64,000 nucleotides of DNA, taken from Anaerolineae bacterium UTCFX1 (GTDB lineage: Bacteria > Chloroflexota > Anaerolineae > Anaerolineales > Villigracilaceae). The notes beneath the pieces were generated by a model. It had not been told where the DNA came from. It saw nothing but the letters and a program-made list of their open reading frames with translations, and searched no databases. This document shows, piece by piece, positions 27,199-38,040 of the stretch (position 1 is the first letter of the stretch; every line of letters begins with the position of its first letter). The stretch spans positions 17,225-81,224 of the forward strand of contig MWTB01000027.1 in NCBI GenBank assembly GCA_002050275.1, given 5' to 3'. Both the position numbers and the translations under genes were made by a program.

Positions 27199-28548
<1,350 letters not shown>

Positions 28549-28649
28549 TTCGATTTAGATAGGATTGGCGATTAGCCTCGCGGGCGCTGACGCGCTCGCT
28601 GAATAGCAATGCTGCTGCGAATCGCGAAGAGAGGAAACATAATCAATAG

Positions 28650-28685
28650 AAAACCTCGGAGTCCTAAAAGACTCCGAGGTTTTTT
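28650..28685. terminator. Bidirectional intrinsic terminator between convergent genes
   Basis: AAAACCTCGGAGTC ctaaaa GACTCCGAGGTTTTTT, with an A-run on the left and a T-run on the right. Confidence 0.8.
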
Positions 28686-28715
28686 ATCTTGGTTGAACGT
28701 AGGCAGGCGATAGAT

Positions 28716-29546
28716 CTAATTTTTGTTGCACGAGAAATTAATCCCATACGAATTGCTCGTATGCCCCGCCTGATCGCGGACGGTTACGACGACTGCCATG
28801 TCGTACTGCTTTGAGCCACAACCCCATTGTCCGATGACGGAAGCGCCGTTGCGTTGGTTGGCGGAGGGGGCGAAGGAGACGTCTTTAATGCCTCCGGTTA
28901 CGGCTCGTGAAGCGCTGACGATTTGGAAGTTAGCAAGATTGGCGTCGCCTTCGCCGTCGCGGAAGAATACCTCCAAATAGACGATCATCGCGCCCGACGA
29001 AGCATCGAAGCGCACGGTTACGCGATCAATGACAGGCGCCGCGGCAATCACAGGGACGGCGGTCACGGTGGGAGGCGCGGCGAACTCTTCCAACCTGGCG
29101 GCGTCTCCGCTGATAATGATGACGTGTTCGCCCCATAGCCAGCAAGTACCGGCTTTATTTGGATTCTTGATGATCCAGTAGTTGAGAGCGGAATTTCGCC
29201 CAGTGGCTTCCGCTTGCAACCCAGCTGTCAACGCGCCGACGATGTCGTACGCGCCGCTCGGTCCCGAGCGGCAATTGGTGGTCTCTCTTACTGTAATGAT
29301 GACTTTAGATGGTGCGTCTGTAGACGGCGGAGGAAGAGTGACGGCTGGCTCTGGCGTGAAAGTAGAGGTTGGAGGGACGAGCGCGGTTTGCGTCAACGCT
29401 TCGAAAATCTGCGCTTGTGAGGTGACGGTCAGCGCGAGATCGGGTCCCGCCGTCGGTTCGGCTGAAGGCGCGACGGTCGCTGTTCCGCATGCCGACAGCG
29501 CCAGAGCGCCGAGAAGGATGAGTCGTCCAAAATTCTTGATGTTCAT
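28716..29546 (-). CDS. Secreted lipoprotein with an SH3b-like domain
   Basis: Lipobox LSACG, a Pro/Thr linker, then RETTNCRSGPSGAYDIVGAL...GTCWLWGEHV, which resembles bacterial SH3. Start set at ATG 29546 with AGGAG SD. Confidence 0.6.
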   Translation of the reverse strand: MNIKNFGRLILLGALALSACGTATVAPSAEPTAGPDLALTVTSQAQIFEALTQTALVPPTSTFTPEPAVTLPPPSTDAPSKVIITVRETTNCRSGPSGAYDIVGALTAGLQAEATGRNSALNYWIIKNPNKAGTCWLWGEHVIIISGDAARLEEFAAPPTVTAVPVIAAAPVIDRVTVRFDASSGAMIVYLEVFFRDGEGDANLANFQIVSASRAVTGGIKDVSFAPSANQRNGASVIGQWGCGSKQYDMAVVVTVRDQAGHTSNSYGINFSCNKN

Positions 29547-29657
29547 GTTTCTCCTAAGCAAACGACCTTGTTTGAAAAAGCAGAAGATTTTATATCACAG
29601 AATCATGAACGTTTCTTAATGTTTAGGCCTGCTTGCGAGGAAATTGAGACGATTGGG

Positions 29658-30584
29658 CTACTCTACAGCCGATGTATTTTTAGGCTGTTGCTCGTGCCGA
29701 CTGCGTGTAAGCAAAATAATTAGACCTACACCGATGATTAGCGCTGGCAGGGCGATCAGCCCCGCTTCGGGACCGAACCCGCCGCCGGTCCAAAGTTCGG
29801 GGCCGCTGACCTCGATGCGTGTCAATGGGTAGATGGTTAAGCCTGAGACGGGGAAGCCAAATCCGACGCCTTCAAAGAAGTTCCAGCCGATGTGCAATCC
29901 GATGGGGAGCCAGAGTTGCTTTGTGCGCAAGTAGGCGAAAGCGAAGAATAATCCTGCCAGTGCAGTTCCCAACGCCGCCGCCCAACTGGCGTCGGGGTTG
30001 AAGATATGGAGGAAGCCAAATATGACGGATGAAATAGCAACGCCCCAGAATAAATTGAGCCCGCTGGCGAGGGTTTGCAGATGGTAGCCGCGCGAGAGCA
30101 GTTCTTCGTTCCAACCGACGAGTAAGAAGATGAATAAGAATAGGAGCACGTTACCAACAACTTGGTCTGGCGGGTCGAAGTTCCATGCGAATCCCTGGAA
30201 GGTTATCCAACCGAATGCGCGCATAAGCAGATAGATGAAACCCATTTGGACGAAAGTAATGACGATGCCAGCCAAGACATCGGACAACGCTTGAAAATTT
30301 ATTGTTAATCCGAGGCTTGCGATGGAGCGTTTATCGAAGAAGCGCCTTGTGAGGAAGATCGAAGCGGTGAATGCGAGCGCTTTGGCGATCATAGAGAGAG
30401 CCGTCATCGCTGGTGTGGATGAGTTTGTAAACTCCTCAATCAAGTCGGGAGAAGTTATGTAGAGCGCGACTCCAATAAGTATTCCAGCGCCCGCTAAAAA
30501 TAGGAACGCGAGAATAGTCTGAAGCGCCAAACGCCAGCCTGCTCGCAGGCGCGACTTGTCGGCTGTCAGGAAAATTCGTTTCAA
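29658..30584 (-). CDS. CPBP-family intramembrane glutamic endopeptidase (CAAX protease-like)
   Basis: Motif 1 WNEELLSRGY (EExxxR), motif 2 FGFLH, and a later GLHIGWNF. The protein is polytopic. TTG start lies 2 nt after the CoA-transferase B stop, preceded by a GGAGG SD. Confidence 0.85.
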   Translation of the reverse strand: MKRIFLTADKSRLRAGWRLALQTILAFLFLAGAGILIGVALYITSPDLIEEFTNSSTPAMTALSMIAKALAFTASIFLTRRFFDKRSIASLGLTINFQALSDVLAGIVITFVQMGFIYLLMRAFGWITFQGFAWNFDPPDQVVGNVLLFLFIFLLVGWNEELLSRGYHLQTLASGLNLFWGVAISSVIFGFLHIFNPDASWAAALGTALAGLFFAFAYLRTKQLWLPIGLHIGWNFFEGVGFGFPVSGLTIYPLTRIEVSGPELWTGGGFGPEAGLIALPALIIGVGLIILLTRSRHEQQPKNTSAVE

Positions 30585-30586
30585 GA

Positions 30587-31363
30587 TTATCCTCCGCCTT
30601 TTAAATAGATGCCTGTCGGGTCGAGCTCGTCGCGGAGGATACGGAGTTCGTCCGCAGTAACCGGATGAGTCGTCTCGATGCGCGCGGCGGTTTTTAAATC
30701 CCAGCCGGTGTTTGCCTGCGCTTCTTCCGCTGTTTTGCCGGGGTGTAGTTGCGTCAGAGTCATTTCGCCTGTTTCGTCAGGTTCCATCACGCCAATGTCG
30801 GTGACAACGGCAAGCATACCTCCGCCGCGTAAGCCGGCTTTTTTACGATCGTCGCGCCCGCTGATGAAGCCTGCCGAGGTCATAAATTCCACTTTTTCAG
30901 GGAAGCGGCGTTTTTGATGCAGTGTCATAATATAGCAGCGATTCGCCCATGCTGCGATCTCTTGCGAGCCGCCGGAGCCGGGCAAACGCACCTTGGGTGA
31001 ATCATACCCGCCGATAACCGTAGCGTTGATGTTGCCGTATTTGTCAATTTGCGCGCCGCCCATGAAGCCCACGTCCACGTTGCCGCGTTGAAGATAATTT
31101 GAAAAAATATCGTACATGCTTACGACCGATAATGAGCCGCTCACCAGAGTCGGATCGCCGATCGAAAGCGGCAGGCGCGCAGGTTCCGCGCCGATCACGC
31201 CCGCTTCGTAGATCATCACAAGGTTGGGTGCGTGCGTCCGCTTGGCGAGGTTGCATGCCAGATTCGGTTGTCCGACTCCCACAAAGACCACGTCGCCGTC
31301 GCGCAATAGACGCGCGGCGTTGACGATCATTAATTCGGCGGGTGAGTAGCGCATTTCGCTCAT
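30587..31363 (-). CDS. CoA-transferase subunit B (family I, GctB/AtoA-like)
   Basis: VFVGVGQPNLA, IYEAGVIG (catalytic Glu region), GGAQIDKYGNIN and PGSGGSQEIA. Confidence 0.88.
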   Translation of the reverse strand: MSEMRYSPAELMIVNAARLLRDGDVVFVGVGQPNLACNLAKRTHAPNLVMIYEAGVIGAEPARLPLSIGDPTLVSGSLSVVSMYDIFSNYLQRGNVDVGFMGGAQIDKYGNINATVIGGYDSPKVRLPGSGGSQEIAAWANRCYIMTLHQKRRFPEKVEFMTSAGFISGRDDRKKAGLRGGGMLAVVTDIGVMEPDETGEMTLTQLHPGKTAEEAQANTGWDLKTAARIETTHPVTADELRILRDELDPTGIYLKGGG

Positions 31364-32190
31364 AAAACCTCTTCGATAAATGATTGCATAATGCCGGCGA
31401 CTTCTTTGGGGCGTTCCACCGGCAGCAGATGTGTGGACTTCGGCAACGCTTCGACTTGTACCTTCGGCTGTTTCCGTTGTATTAGCCTTGCCGCGTCCTC
31501 CAGAAAGGTGTCGGTTTCCGCGCCGCGCAGGCAGAGAATGGGAATGTCAAGTTGGGGCAATGCGCGCCACAGGTCGAAGTCTTGTAAGCCCGTGCGATAG
31601 ATTTGCGCTTCCCATTCCGGCGAGTAGACCAATTCGTAGCCGTCCTTTGTTTTGCGCGTTATTCCATCGATGTAAATTCGCAGATTTTCGTCGCTGAAGT
31701 AGCGAAAGACGTTTCTCTTGCGGTAGCCTTTGAATACAGTTTCCAGATTGTTAAATGTGCGTCGTCGTTTTTTTGCTCCCGCAATGAGCGGATGCAGTCT
31801 ATCGCCCAAGCCGAGAGCGTTGACGAGCGCCCATAAGCGCATGCGAAACGGCGTGAAGAGGACAGGATCAATTAAGATCAAAGCGTTGAATTTATCGGGT
31901 TGGCGTATTGCTGCGCGTAGGGTGATGATCGCGCCGATGGAATGCCCGACTCCGATCACGGGCGTCGTTTTGCGCTCATTGAGGAAGCGCAGTAAGTCGT
32001 CGGTAAACGGCTGCCAGTCTCGAATTTCGTTTGGATGCGAGCCTTCCCATAGCGGACGGAGAAGCATTCCGAAAACGCGATATTTCGATTTTAAGAGATC
32101 AAATAATGGCTTATAGCACTCCGGTGGATAACCGTTGGCGTGCAGAAAATGCAGCGGCTGCCCCGCGCCGTTGAGATCGAAGTAATTCAT
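31360..32190 (-). CDS. Alpha/beta-fold hydrolase
   Basis: Nucleophile elbow GHSIGA and an HFLHANGY oxyanion region. 276 aa. Its stop overlaps the start of CoA-transferase B by 4 nt. Confidence 0.85.
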   Translation of the reverse strand: MNYFDLNGAGQPLHFLHANGYPPECYKPLFDLLKSKYRVFGMLLRPLWEGSHPNEIRDWQPFTDDLLRFLNERKTTPVIGVGHSIGAIITLRAAIRQPDKFNALILIDPVLFTPFRMRLWALVNALGLGDRLHPLIAGAKKRRRTFNNLETVFKGYRKRNVFRYFSDENLRIYIDGITRKTKDGYELVYSPEWEAQIYRTGLQDFDLWRALPQLDIPILCLRGAETDTFLEDAARLIQRKQPKVQVEALPKSTHLLPVERPKEVAGIMQSFIEEVL

Positions 32191-32205
32191 CCGTGTTGTG
32201 TCGTG

Positions 32206-33108
32206 TTAATACTTTCCATAGTTGATCGGCTCGCTCATTAAACTGGGAGTGGCAAGCCGTTTGTGGACGTTTGCACCGAGTTTTTGCCAATACTGGTCGC
32301 GGTCTTTTACGCCGTACACCCACTTGTCAAGATATTGCTTTGTTGCCTCCGCTGAGGCGCTGATCTTGTCCCATGTGAGATAGAACTCGTTATCGCGGTC
32401 ATAGCAGCCTTGCGCATAACTGGGATGACAGGCGAACGGAACATGACACACCGCGCTGACCACGATGCCGGGGATGATTGTGCGGTTCGGGTCGGAGCGG
32501 ATAACCGATTCGGCTACGATCTCTTCGGCGGTGAGGATAACTTTTTTTGCGGCAAACGCGGCTTCCTTCTGTTCGCCGATAATGCCCCATAGGTGCGCGT
32601 TGCCATTCGCGTCCGCGCGTTGCACATGGACGATGGCGACGTCAGGATTCAATGCCGGCACGACGACTACGTCTGCGCCGCCGTAGGGATCGCGAATCTG
32701 CTTGATGTTGGGGTTGGCAGTTTGCAGGTCGGTTACGCCTGTTTGATTCATAGGGAGGAAAGGCAGACCCGCTGCGCCGGCTTGCAAGCGCGTGATCATC
32801 CCGAAGTGCGAATATTCTTCCCACTCTAATTCTCCCCGTTCGATCGCCGAGCGCACGATGCGAAGCGAGCCTACGCCTGGGTTCCCCATATAAGAAAAAA
32901 TAACCTTATTGGCGCATCCTGCCGCGACCATCTGATCGTAGATCAGGTCGGGCGTGGCGCGGGCGAGCGTGAGATTCTTTTTGCCCTGCCGAATAATTTC
33001 GTGCCCGGCGGCGAACGGGATTAAGTGTGTGAATCCCGCCGCGTACACCGTGTCTTCGTCGCGTACGAAATTGGCGATCGCTTCGGGAAGCGAGATAAGT
33101 TTTGTCAT
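32206..33108 (-). CDS. CoA-transferase subunit A (family I, GctA/AtoD-like)
   Basis: MTKLISLPEAIANFVRDEDTVYAAGF is the typical N-terminus. Start set at ATG 33108, which forms an ATGA overlap with the upstream small ORF. Confidence 0.88.
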   Translation of the reverse strand: MTKLISLPEAIANFVRDEDTVYAAGFTHLIPFAAGHEIIRQGKKNLTLARATPDLIYDQMVAAGCANKVIFSYMGNPGVGSLRIVRSAIERGELEWEEYSHFGMITRLQAGAAGLPFLPMNQTGVTDLQTANPNIKQIRDPYGGADVVVVPALNPDVAIVHVQRADANGNAHLWGIIGEQKEAAFAAKKVILTAEEIVAESVIRSDPNRTIIPGIVVSAVCHVPFACHPSYAQGCYDRDNEFYLTWDKISASAEATKQYLDKWVYGVKDRDQYWQKLGANVHKRLATPSLMSEPINYGKY

Positions 33109-33362
33109 TCCTCTTCTTTGCCTTTCAATAATCGTTTCAGCCATTCAAACCTGCCGCTGGCAGATGAGGGCTTTCTGTATTGTGCGCGGAAAGCAAACGC
33201 AAGAATAGCGAGAATCATGCTCCAGCAGAAATATTGCAAGGCAGGCGCGCCGGCGGAATCGGCTAGCAGGAAGTAGACCAGCAGCCCGATGGCAAGCAGA
33301 AGAAAGAACGTCCCGATGCGATGCATCAGTTCTTGACTTGTATATTGTTCAGGATCGCTCAT
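33105..33362 (-). CDS. Small 2-TM membrane protein
   Basis: 85 aa with two hydrophobic helices and a basic C-terminus. It is translationally coupled (ATGA) to CoA-transferase A. Confidence 0.5.
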   Translation of the reverse strand: MSDPEQYTSQELMHRIGTFFLLLAIGLLVYFLLADSAGAPALQYFCWSMILAILAFAFRAQYRKPSSASGRFEWLKRLLKGKEEE

Positions 33363-33418
33363 GTTGAATCAATGTCCCTCTCCTTATATTTAAGGAGAGG
33401 GACGGCAGTTGATTAGCG

Positions 33419-35092
33419 TTACTTGCGAGACTTCGCTCTCTTTATAAGCGCTGTTTTAGCAACCTTCTTCTTAACAACCTTCTTGACGGCTTTCTTCTTT
33501 GCGGGGCTTTTGGGGGCAAGTTTGATCAGCGTTTGAATTTGTTCATGCATATATAACTGCACGTAGTAGTAGCCGCCGCCGTTCTTGCCGCTTGCGCCGG
33601 AGCCTTTCCAGCCGCCGAAAGGTTGGAAGCCAGGCCATGCGCCGGTGGTCGCGCCTTGCGGGCGGTTCGCATAGGTCACGCCGGCTTGGATGTTGTCGAA
33701 GAACCACGCGGTCTCTTTTGGCGAGCCATAGAAGCCGGCGGTTAGACCATAATTAACGTCGTTAGCGATGCTCATGGCTTCGTCGAGATTCTTCACTTTG
33801 CCGATCGTAGCGATAGGCAGGAACATTTCGTGCTTCCATAAGCGATGCTCGAAGGGCAAATCCGTGACGAGAGTCGGTTCGCAATAGTAGCCTTGGTCGT
33901 ACATGCCGCCAGATTTGACATGTCCGCCGGTAAGGAATTGTCCGCCGGCTTGGTTGATCTCTTCGGCATAAGTTTTGAATTCGTTGTACGCGCCTTTATT
34001 GATGACGGGTCCGATATATGTGGAGTGTTCGGTCGGGTCGCCGATCGCAAGCGCGTCTACTTTACTTTTGAGTTTGGCGAGCAGTTCGTCGTAAACCGGC
34101 TCTTCGACCAGCACGCGCGAAGCCGCTGAACATTTTTGCCCCTGTAAGCCGAAGGCGGAGCGATAGATGCCCGTCGCTGCGTCTTCGAGATTCGCATTGC
34201 GCGAAACAATGGCGGGGTTTTTCCCGCCGAGTTCCAAGATGATCGGGCGGACGTAACTGCGATTCGCAAAATCGCGATGAATCTTCATACCTACGTCGTA
34301 CGAACCAGTGAAGGTCACGCCGTCCACATGCGGGCTGTCTACGAGAGCCTGCCCTACGGTAGAGCCGGGACCAGTCACAAAGTTGACCACGCCGGGCGGG
34401 AAGCCTGCGTCGCGCAGGCATTCTATAAAGAGGCGCACGATCCACGCTGTGTCCGACGCGGGCTTAATGACGACGGTGTTGCCCGCTACGAGCGCTGCGC
34501 CGACCGGTCCGCCGGTGAGCGCGAAGGGGAAGTTGAACGGTGAAATAACGAGCCAAACGCCGTACGGGCGAAGCGCGGAGATGTTGGTCGCGTCGTAGCC
34601 GGCGAGCGGATCTTTGCCCATCGGCTTGATGAAACCGTGGTTCTCCTCCATCATTTGTGCAGACCAATACATTAAATCGGCGGTCTCTTGCACGTCACCA
34701 AGCGATTCCATGCGATTCTTGCCGACTTCGAGCGCCATCGCCGCTCCGAGTTCGAAGATGCGCTTTTCGATCAGCGCTGAGGCTTTACGGACTAACTGAA
34801 CGCGCCGCTTCCACGACGTATGACTCCACGCAGGGAAAGCTTTCTGCGCCGCTTCAATCGCCATGCGCGAATGATTCTCATTCCCTTTTTGCATGCGCGC
34901 CAGTATCCAGTTGGTATTGACGGGGGAGCGATCGTCGAATTTCTCGTCGGCGAACACGTCTTTACCGTCAATGAACATTCCGTATTCCTTGCCGAAATTC
35001 TGTTTGAGCGTTGCCACCGCTTTATCGAATCCTTTGTGCAAAGCTTCGGGCGGATTGAACATCGTGCCGTAGGTAAGCTTGAAACCAGCCAT
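33419..35092 (-). CDS. L-glutamate gamma-semialdehyde (1-pyrroline-5-carboxylate) dehydrogenase with a Lys-rich C-terminal tail
   Basis: ALDH superfamily features: FTGS, ELGGKNP and the GQKCSA catalytic Cys. It is co-linear with RocA/PruA-type P5CDH from N-terminus to ...MHEQIQTLIK. A 33-aa tail, LAPKSPAKKKAVKKVVKKKVAKTALIKRAKSRK, follows. Confidence 0.85.
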   Translation of the reverse strand: MAGFKLTYGTMFNPPEALHKGFDKAVATLKQNFGKEYGMFIDGKDVFADEKFDDRSPVNTNWILARMQKGNENHSRMAIEAAQKAFPAWSHTSWKRRVQLVRKASALIEKRIFELGAAMALEVGKNRMESLGDVQETADLMYWSAQMMEENHGFIKPMGKDPLAGYDATNISALRPYGVWLVISPFNFPFALTGGPVGAALVAGNTVVIKPASDTAWIVRLFIECLRDAGFPPGVVNFVTGPGSTVGQALVDSPHVDGVTFTGSYDVGMKIHRDFANRSYVRPIILELGGKNPAIVSRNANLEDAATGIYRSAFGLQGQKCSAASRVLVEEPVYDELLAKLKSKVDALAIGDPTEHSTYIGPVINKGAYNEFKTYAEEINQAGGQFLTGGHVKSGGMYDQGYYCEPTLVTDLPFEHRLWKHEMFLPIATIGKVKNLDEAMSIANDVNYGLTAGFYGSPKETAWFFDNIQAGVTYANRPQGATTGAWPGFQPFGGWKGSGASGKNGGGYYYVQLYMHEQIQTLIKLAPKSPAKKKAVKKVVKKKVAKTALIKRAKSRK

Positions 35093-35410
35093 TTTTCCTC
35101 CGTATGAATAATTATGTTAGATATTTTAGAGTCTGACGAGCAGGCAGGCGGGAAATCTTACGCCGGTTGCAGCGTCTTTTTCGAAACGCTTGTAGTATAG
35201 CGTAGGATAAAGCAGTCGTCAAAGACGTTGCGTTATAGCTTATGCGCTGAACGCGTTCGCACAAGGAGATTTAATGTCTATAAAACCGTTCCTTGCCTTA
35301 TAATGGACGCAATTAAATTAAAAGGAGAGCGCGTTGATGGCGACTGCCCTGTTGATTAATTTTGATATGAAAGGCGGGACTATGGAATATGCAAGCGAGG
35401 CTTCGCTCTC

Positions 35411-37030
35411 ATGACCGAAGCGTTGCCGCTGGCCGTTAAAGACCTATCCTTTCGTTATCGCGATCGTCAGGAAACTGCGATCCGAAATATTTCGTTCGAT
35501 GTACGCGCGGGCGAAATCCTTTTGATCGCCGGCGCAAGCGGCTGCGGCAAAACGACGCTGATCCGCTGTTTGAATGGGCTGGCGCCGCGCTCTTATAAAG
35601 GCGAGATCAACGGACGCGTCGCCGTATTTGGCAAAGATATTCAAAGTTGGAAACTTTCACAAATTTCGCAGAAGATCGGAACGGCGCTTCAAGACCCCGA
35701 ACGGCAGATCCTTGGAACGAAGGTGGTGAACGAAGTCGCTTTCGGGCTGGAAAACCTGAATATTCCGCGCGGAGAGATCTTTCAACGCGTGGATGAAGCG
35801 CTGACCTTCTTGAAGATATTTCATCTGCGCGAACGCGAGACCTTTAGCCTTTCGGGCGGCGAAAAGCAGAAGCTGGCATTGGCGGGCATATTGGCAATGA
35901 AACCGTCTATCTTGTTGCTCGACGAGCCGCTGGCAAGCCTCGACCCTGCTTCGGCTCAAGACGCATTAGACACGGCGCGTTTTCTCGCCGATCAGGGCAT
36001 TACCATCTTGATGGTTGAACACCGCGTCGAAGACGTGTTGCGGATTAAGCCGGAACGTGTAATGCTTATGGATAGCGGAGAAATTCGTTACTTGGGAGAT
36101 GCGGCGGGGTTATTTAACGTGGCGAGCTTTCGCGAGATAAAGTTGCCGGCGAACGTCATCGTTGAGCGCGCCAAGGCAGAAACGCCTCCCGAGGAGATTA
36201 ACCTCCTGCCGGGCGCAGCGTCTGCCGTCTCGAATGATGAAGCCATCGTCGAGTTTGAGAATGTTGCATTCGGATACGAGTCTAACGTCGAAGTCCTTCA
36301 CTGCCTTAACTTGAAGATCAAGCGCGGCGATGTGATTGCCGTCTTAGGACCCAACGGCGCAGGCAAGACAACTTTCGTTAAACATGCGATTGGTTTGCTC
36401 AAGCCGAAAGCGGGGCGCGTGCTGGTAAATGGACGCGATACCAAGGAAATCAGCGTCGCGCAAATCGCAAGCGTCTTGGGCTATGTGTTCCAGAGCCCAA
36501 GCCATATGTTGTTCGCGCCGACCGTGCGGGAAGAATTGGCGTTTGGTCCTACAAATTTGCGACATTCACACGAGCGGATCGAAATGGAGGTGAAAGAAGC
36601 GCTGAGAATTGTGAACCTATCCGATAGAGAGAACGACCCGCCGCTGGCGTTATCGTTTGGCCAGCAAAAACGCGTGAGCATCGCCGCGATTCTGGCAATG
36701 CAGTCAAAAATCCTTGTGATGGATGAACCGACTGCCGGGCAAGATTATCAAAATTATATGAACTTCATGGATTCAATTTTGCAACTGCCTTCGTTCGAAG
36801 CGATCCTTTTCATTACGCATGATGTGGATTTAGCGGTCATTTACGCTAACCGCGTATTGATCGTGAACGATGGGCGACTCGTCGCCGATGGCAGACCGCA
36901 GGATGTCTTGCGCGATTTCGACCGGCTAAAAGCCAACCGCCTAGCGCCCACTTCGCTGTTGAGGCTTAATTTGGAACGCCTTGATGAAACAGGAAAATTT
37001 ATGCGAGCCGAAGCGTTGGCGCATTTGTAA
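35411..37030 (+). CDS. ecfA: ECF-transporter ATPase, fused EcfA1-EcfA2 (two ABC domains)
   Basis: Two Walker A motifs (GASGCGKTT, GPNGAGKTT), two signature motifs (LSGGEKQ, LSFGQQK) and two Walker B motifs (LLLDEP, LVMDEP). CbiO-like. Confidence 0.9.
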   Translation: MTEALPLAVKDLSFRYRDRQETAIRNISFDVRAGEILLIAGASGCGKTTLIRCLNGLAPRSYKGEINGRVAVFGKDIQSWKLSQISQKIGTALQDPERQILGTKVVNEVAFGLENLNIPRGEIFQRVDEALTFLKIFHLRERETFSLSGGEKQKLALAGILAMKPSILLLDEPLASLDPASAQDALDTARFLADQGITILMVEHRVEDVLRIKPERVMLMDSGEIRYLGDAAGLFNVASFREIKLPANVIVERAKAETPPEEINLLPGAASAVSNDEAIVEFENVAFGYESNVEVLHCLNLKIKRGDVIAVLGPNGAGKTTFVKHAIGLLKPKAGRVLVNGRDTKEISVAQIASVLGYVFQSPSHMLFAPTVREELAFGPTNLRHSHERIEMEVKEALRIVNLSDRENDPPLALSFGQQKRVSIAAILAMQSKILVMDEPTAGQDYQNYMNFMDSILQLPSFEAILFITHDVDLAVIYANRVLIVNDGRLVADGRPQDVLRDFDRLKANRLAPTSLLRLNLERLDETGKFMRAEALAHL

Positions 37031-37086
37031 ACAAGCGTTGCGAAAACATTCGTCGCTTGTCATAACACAATATGAGGAGAAGGAAA

Positions 37087-38028
37087 ATGTCTAAGAATTT
37101 ACGCAGTATGCTGTATTCTCTGGCTGGGATTTTGGCGATCATGTTATTCTTGATCCTATTTCTAGGGAATGCGTTAAAGATAGAGAATTTTCAAGTAGAA
37201 CAAGCCACGCTCGGCTTACGTTTGGGATTCATGTTCATCGGGCTGCTGATCGTCTATGCAGTGTACGCCGCTACAAAAGAAAATAACGCATGGGAAGTGG
37301 GTACGCGTCAGGTAGTTTGGATGGCGATCGGCGCGGCGCTGTACGCCGTGTTCTCATGGTTTTTCAACGCCACTGTATTCGTCGTGCCGTCGTTGAGCCA
37401 AGTGGCTTTGCGCCCTGCGGTCGCTATTCCGATGTTCTTCGGCTATGCGTTTGGTCCCGTCGTCGGATTTTTCACCGGTATTGTCGGCAATACCTTCGGC
37501 GATGCGATCTCCGGCTTTGGCTTGTCTCCCCAGTGGAGCGTGGGCAACGGCTTGATCGGCTTTATCGCCGGCTTGCCCGCTCTGTTCTCTGACCGTAAAC
37601 GCAGCGCGAATGCCGTCCTGTGGATTGGCGGCGTCTTGACCGCTTTGGCGACCGTTCTCTATTTCATGAATAGCTCTGAGACGAACATGATGTTTTTTGA
37701 CCCCGCTAGAGACGTCTACGGCGACCAGCCTATCGCGTTAACCGCCGGCATTTCCGTATTGATCGGCTTTATTCTAGTGTTAGCAGTTCGCTTTGGGTTT
37801 GGCAAAAATGTTGACGTAGCCGCTGCGGTCACATGGGGCATGCTTGGCAACTTGATTGGCATCGGTTACGCCGCGCTCTCCGATATTTGGATTAATGGCT
37901 ATAGTTTCGTTACGGCTATTGTAGGCGAGTTCCTACCTGCGGCTGGACCAAACTTGATCTTTGCCGCCATTCTCGTGCCGCTGCTTGTCGTCGCATATGC
38001 AGCGGTGCAGAAACAATCTGGTAGATGA
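37087..38028 (+). CDS. ECF-transporter S (substrate-capture) component, unusually long
   Basis: Polytopic protein with LRPAVAIPMFFGYAFGPVVGFFTGIVGN, which is typical of ECF S components. About 313 aa. Start set at ATG 37087 with GAGGAGAAGG SD. Confidence 0.7.
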   Translation: MSKNLRSMLYSLAGILAIMLFLILFLGNALKIENFQVEQATLGLRLGFMFIGLLIVYAVYAATKENNAWEVGTRQVVWMAIGAALYAVFSWFFNATVFVVPSLSQVALRPAVAIPMFFGYAFGPVVGFFTGIVGNTFGDAISGFGLSPQWSVGNGLIGFIAGLPALFSDRKRSANAVLWIGGVLTALATVLYFMNSSETNMMFFDPARDVYGDQPIALTAGISVLIGFILVLAVRFGFGKNVDVAAAVTWGMLGNLIGIGYAALSDIWINGYSFVTAIVGEFLPAAGPNLIFAAILVPLLVVAYAAVQKQSGR

Positions 38029-38040
38029 GAAGATTTAAGG

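Noticed and set aside
35093-35410. A known riboswitch (cobalamin, TPP, THF, preQ1 and others) upstream of the ECF transporter
   Set aside because: I could not find a B12 box, a TPP CUGAGA element or another class-defining core by eye. Only short local palindromes are present (GAACGCGTTC, AGCGT/ACGCT). An Infernal scan is needed to be sure.
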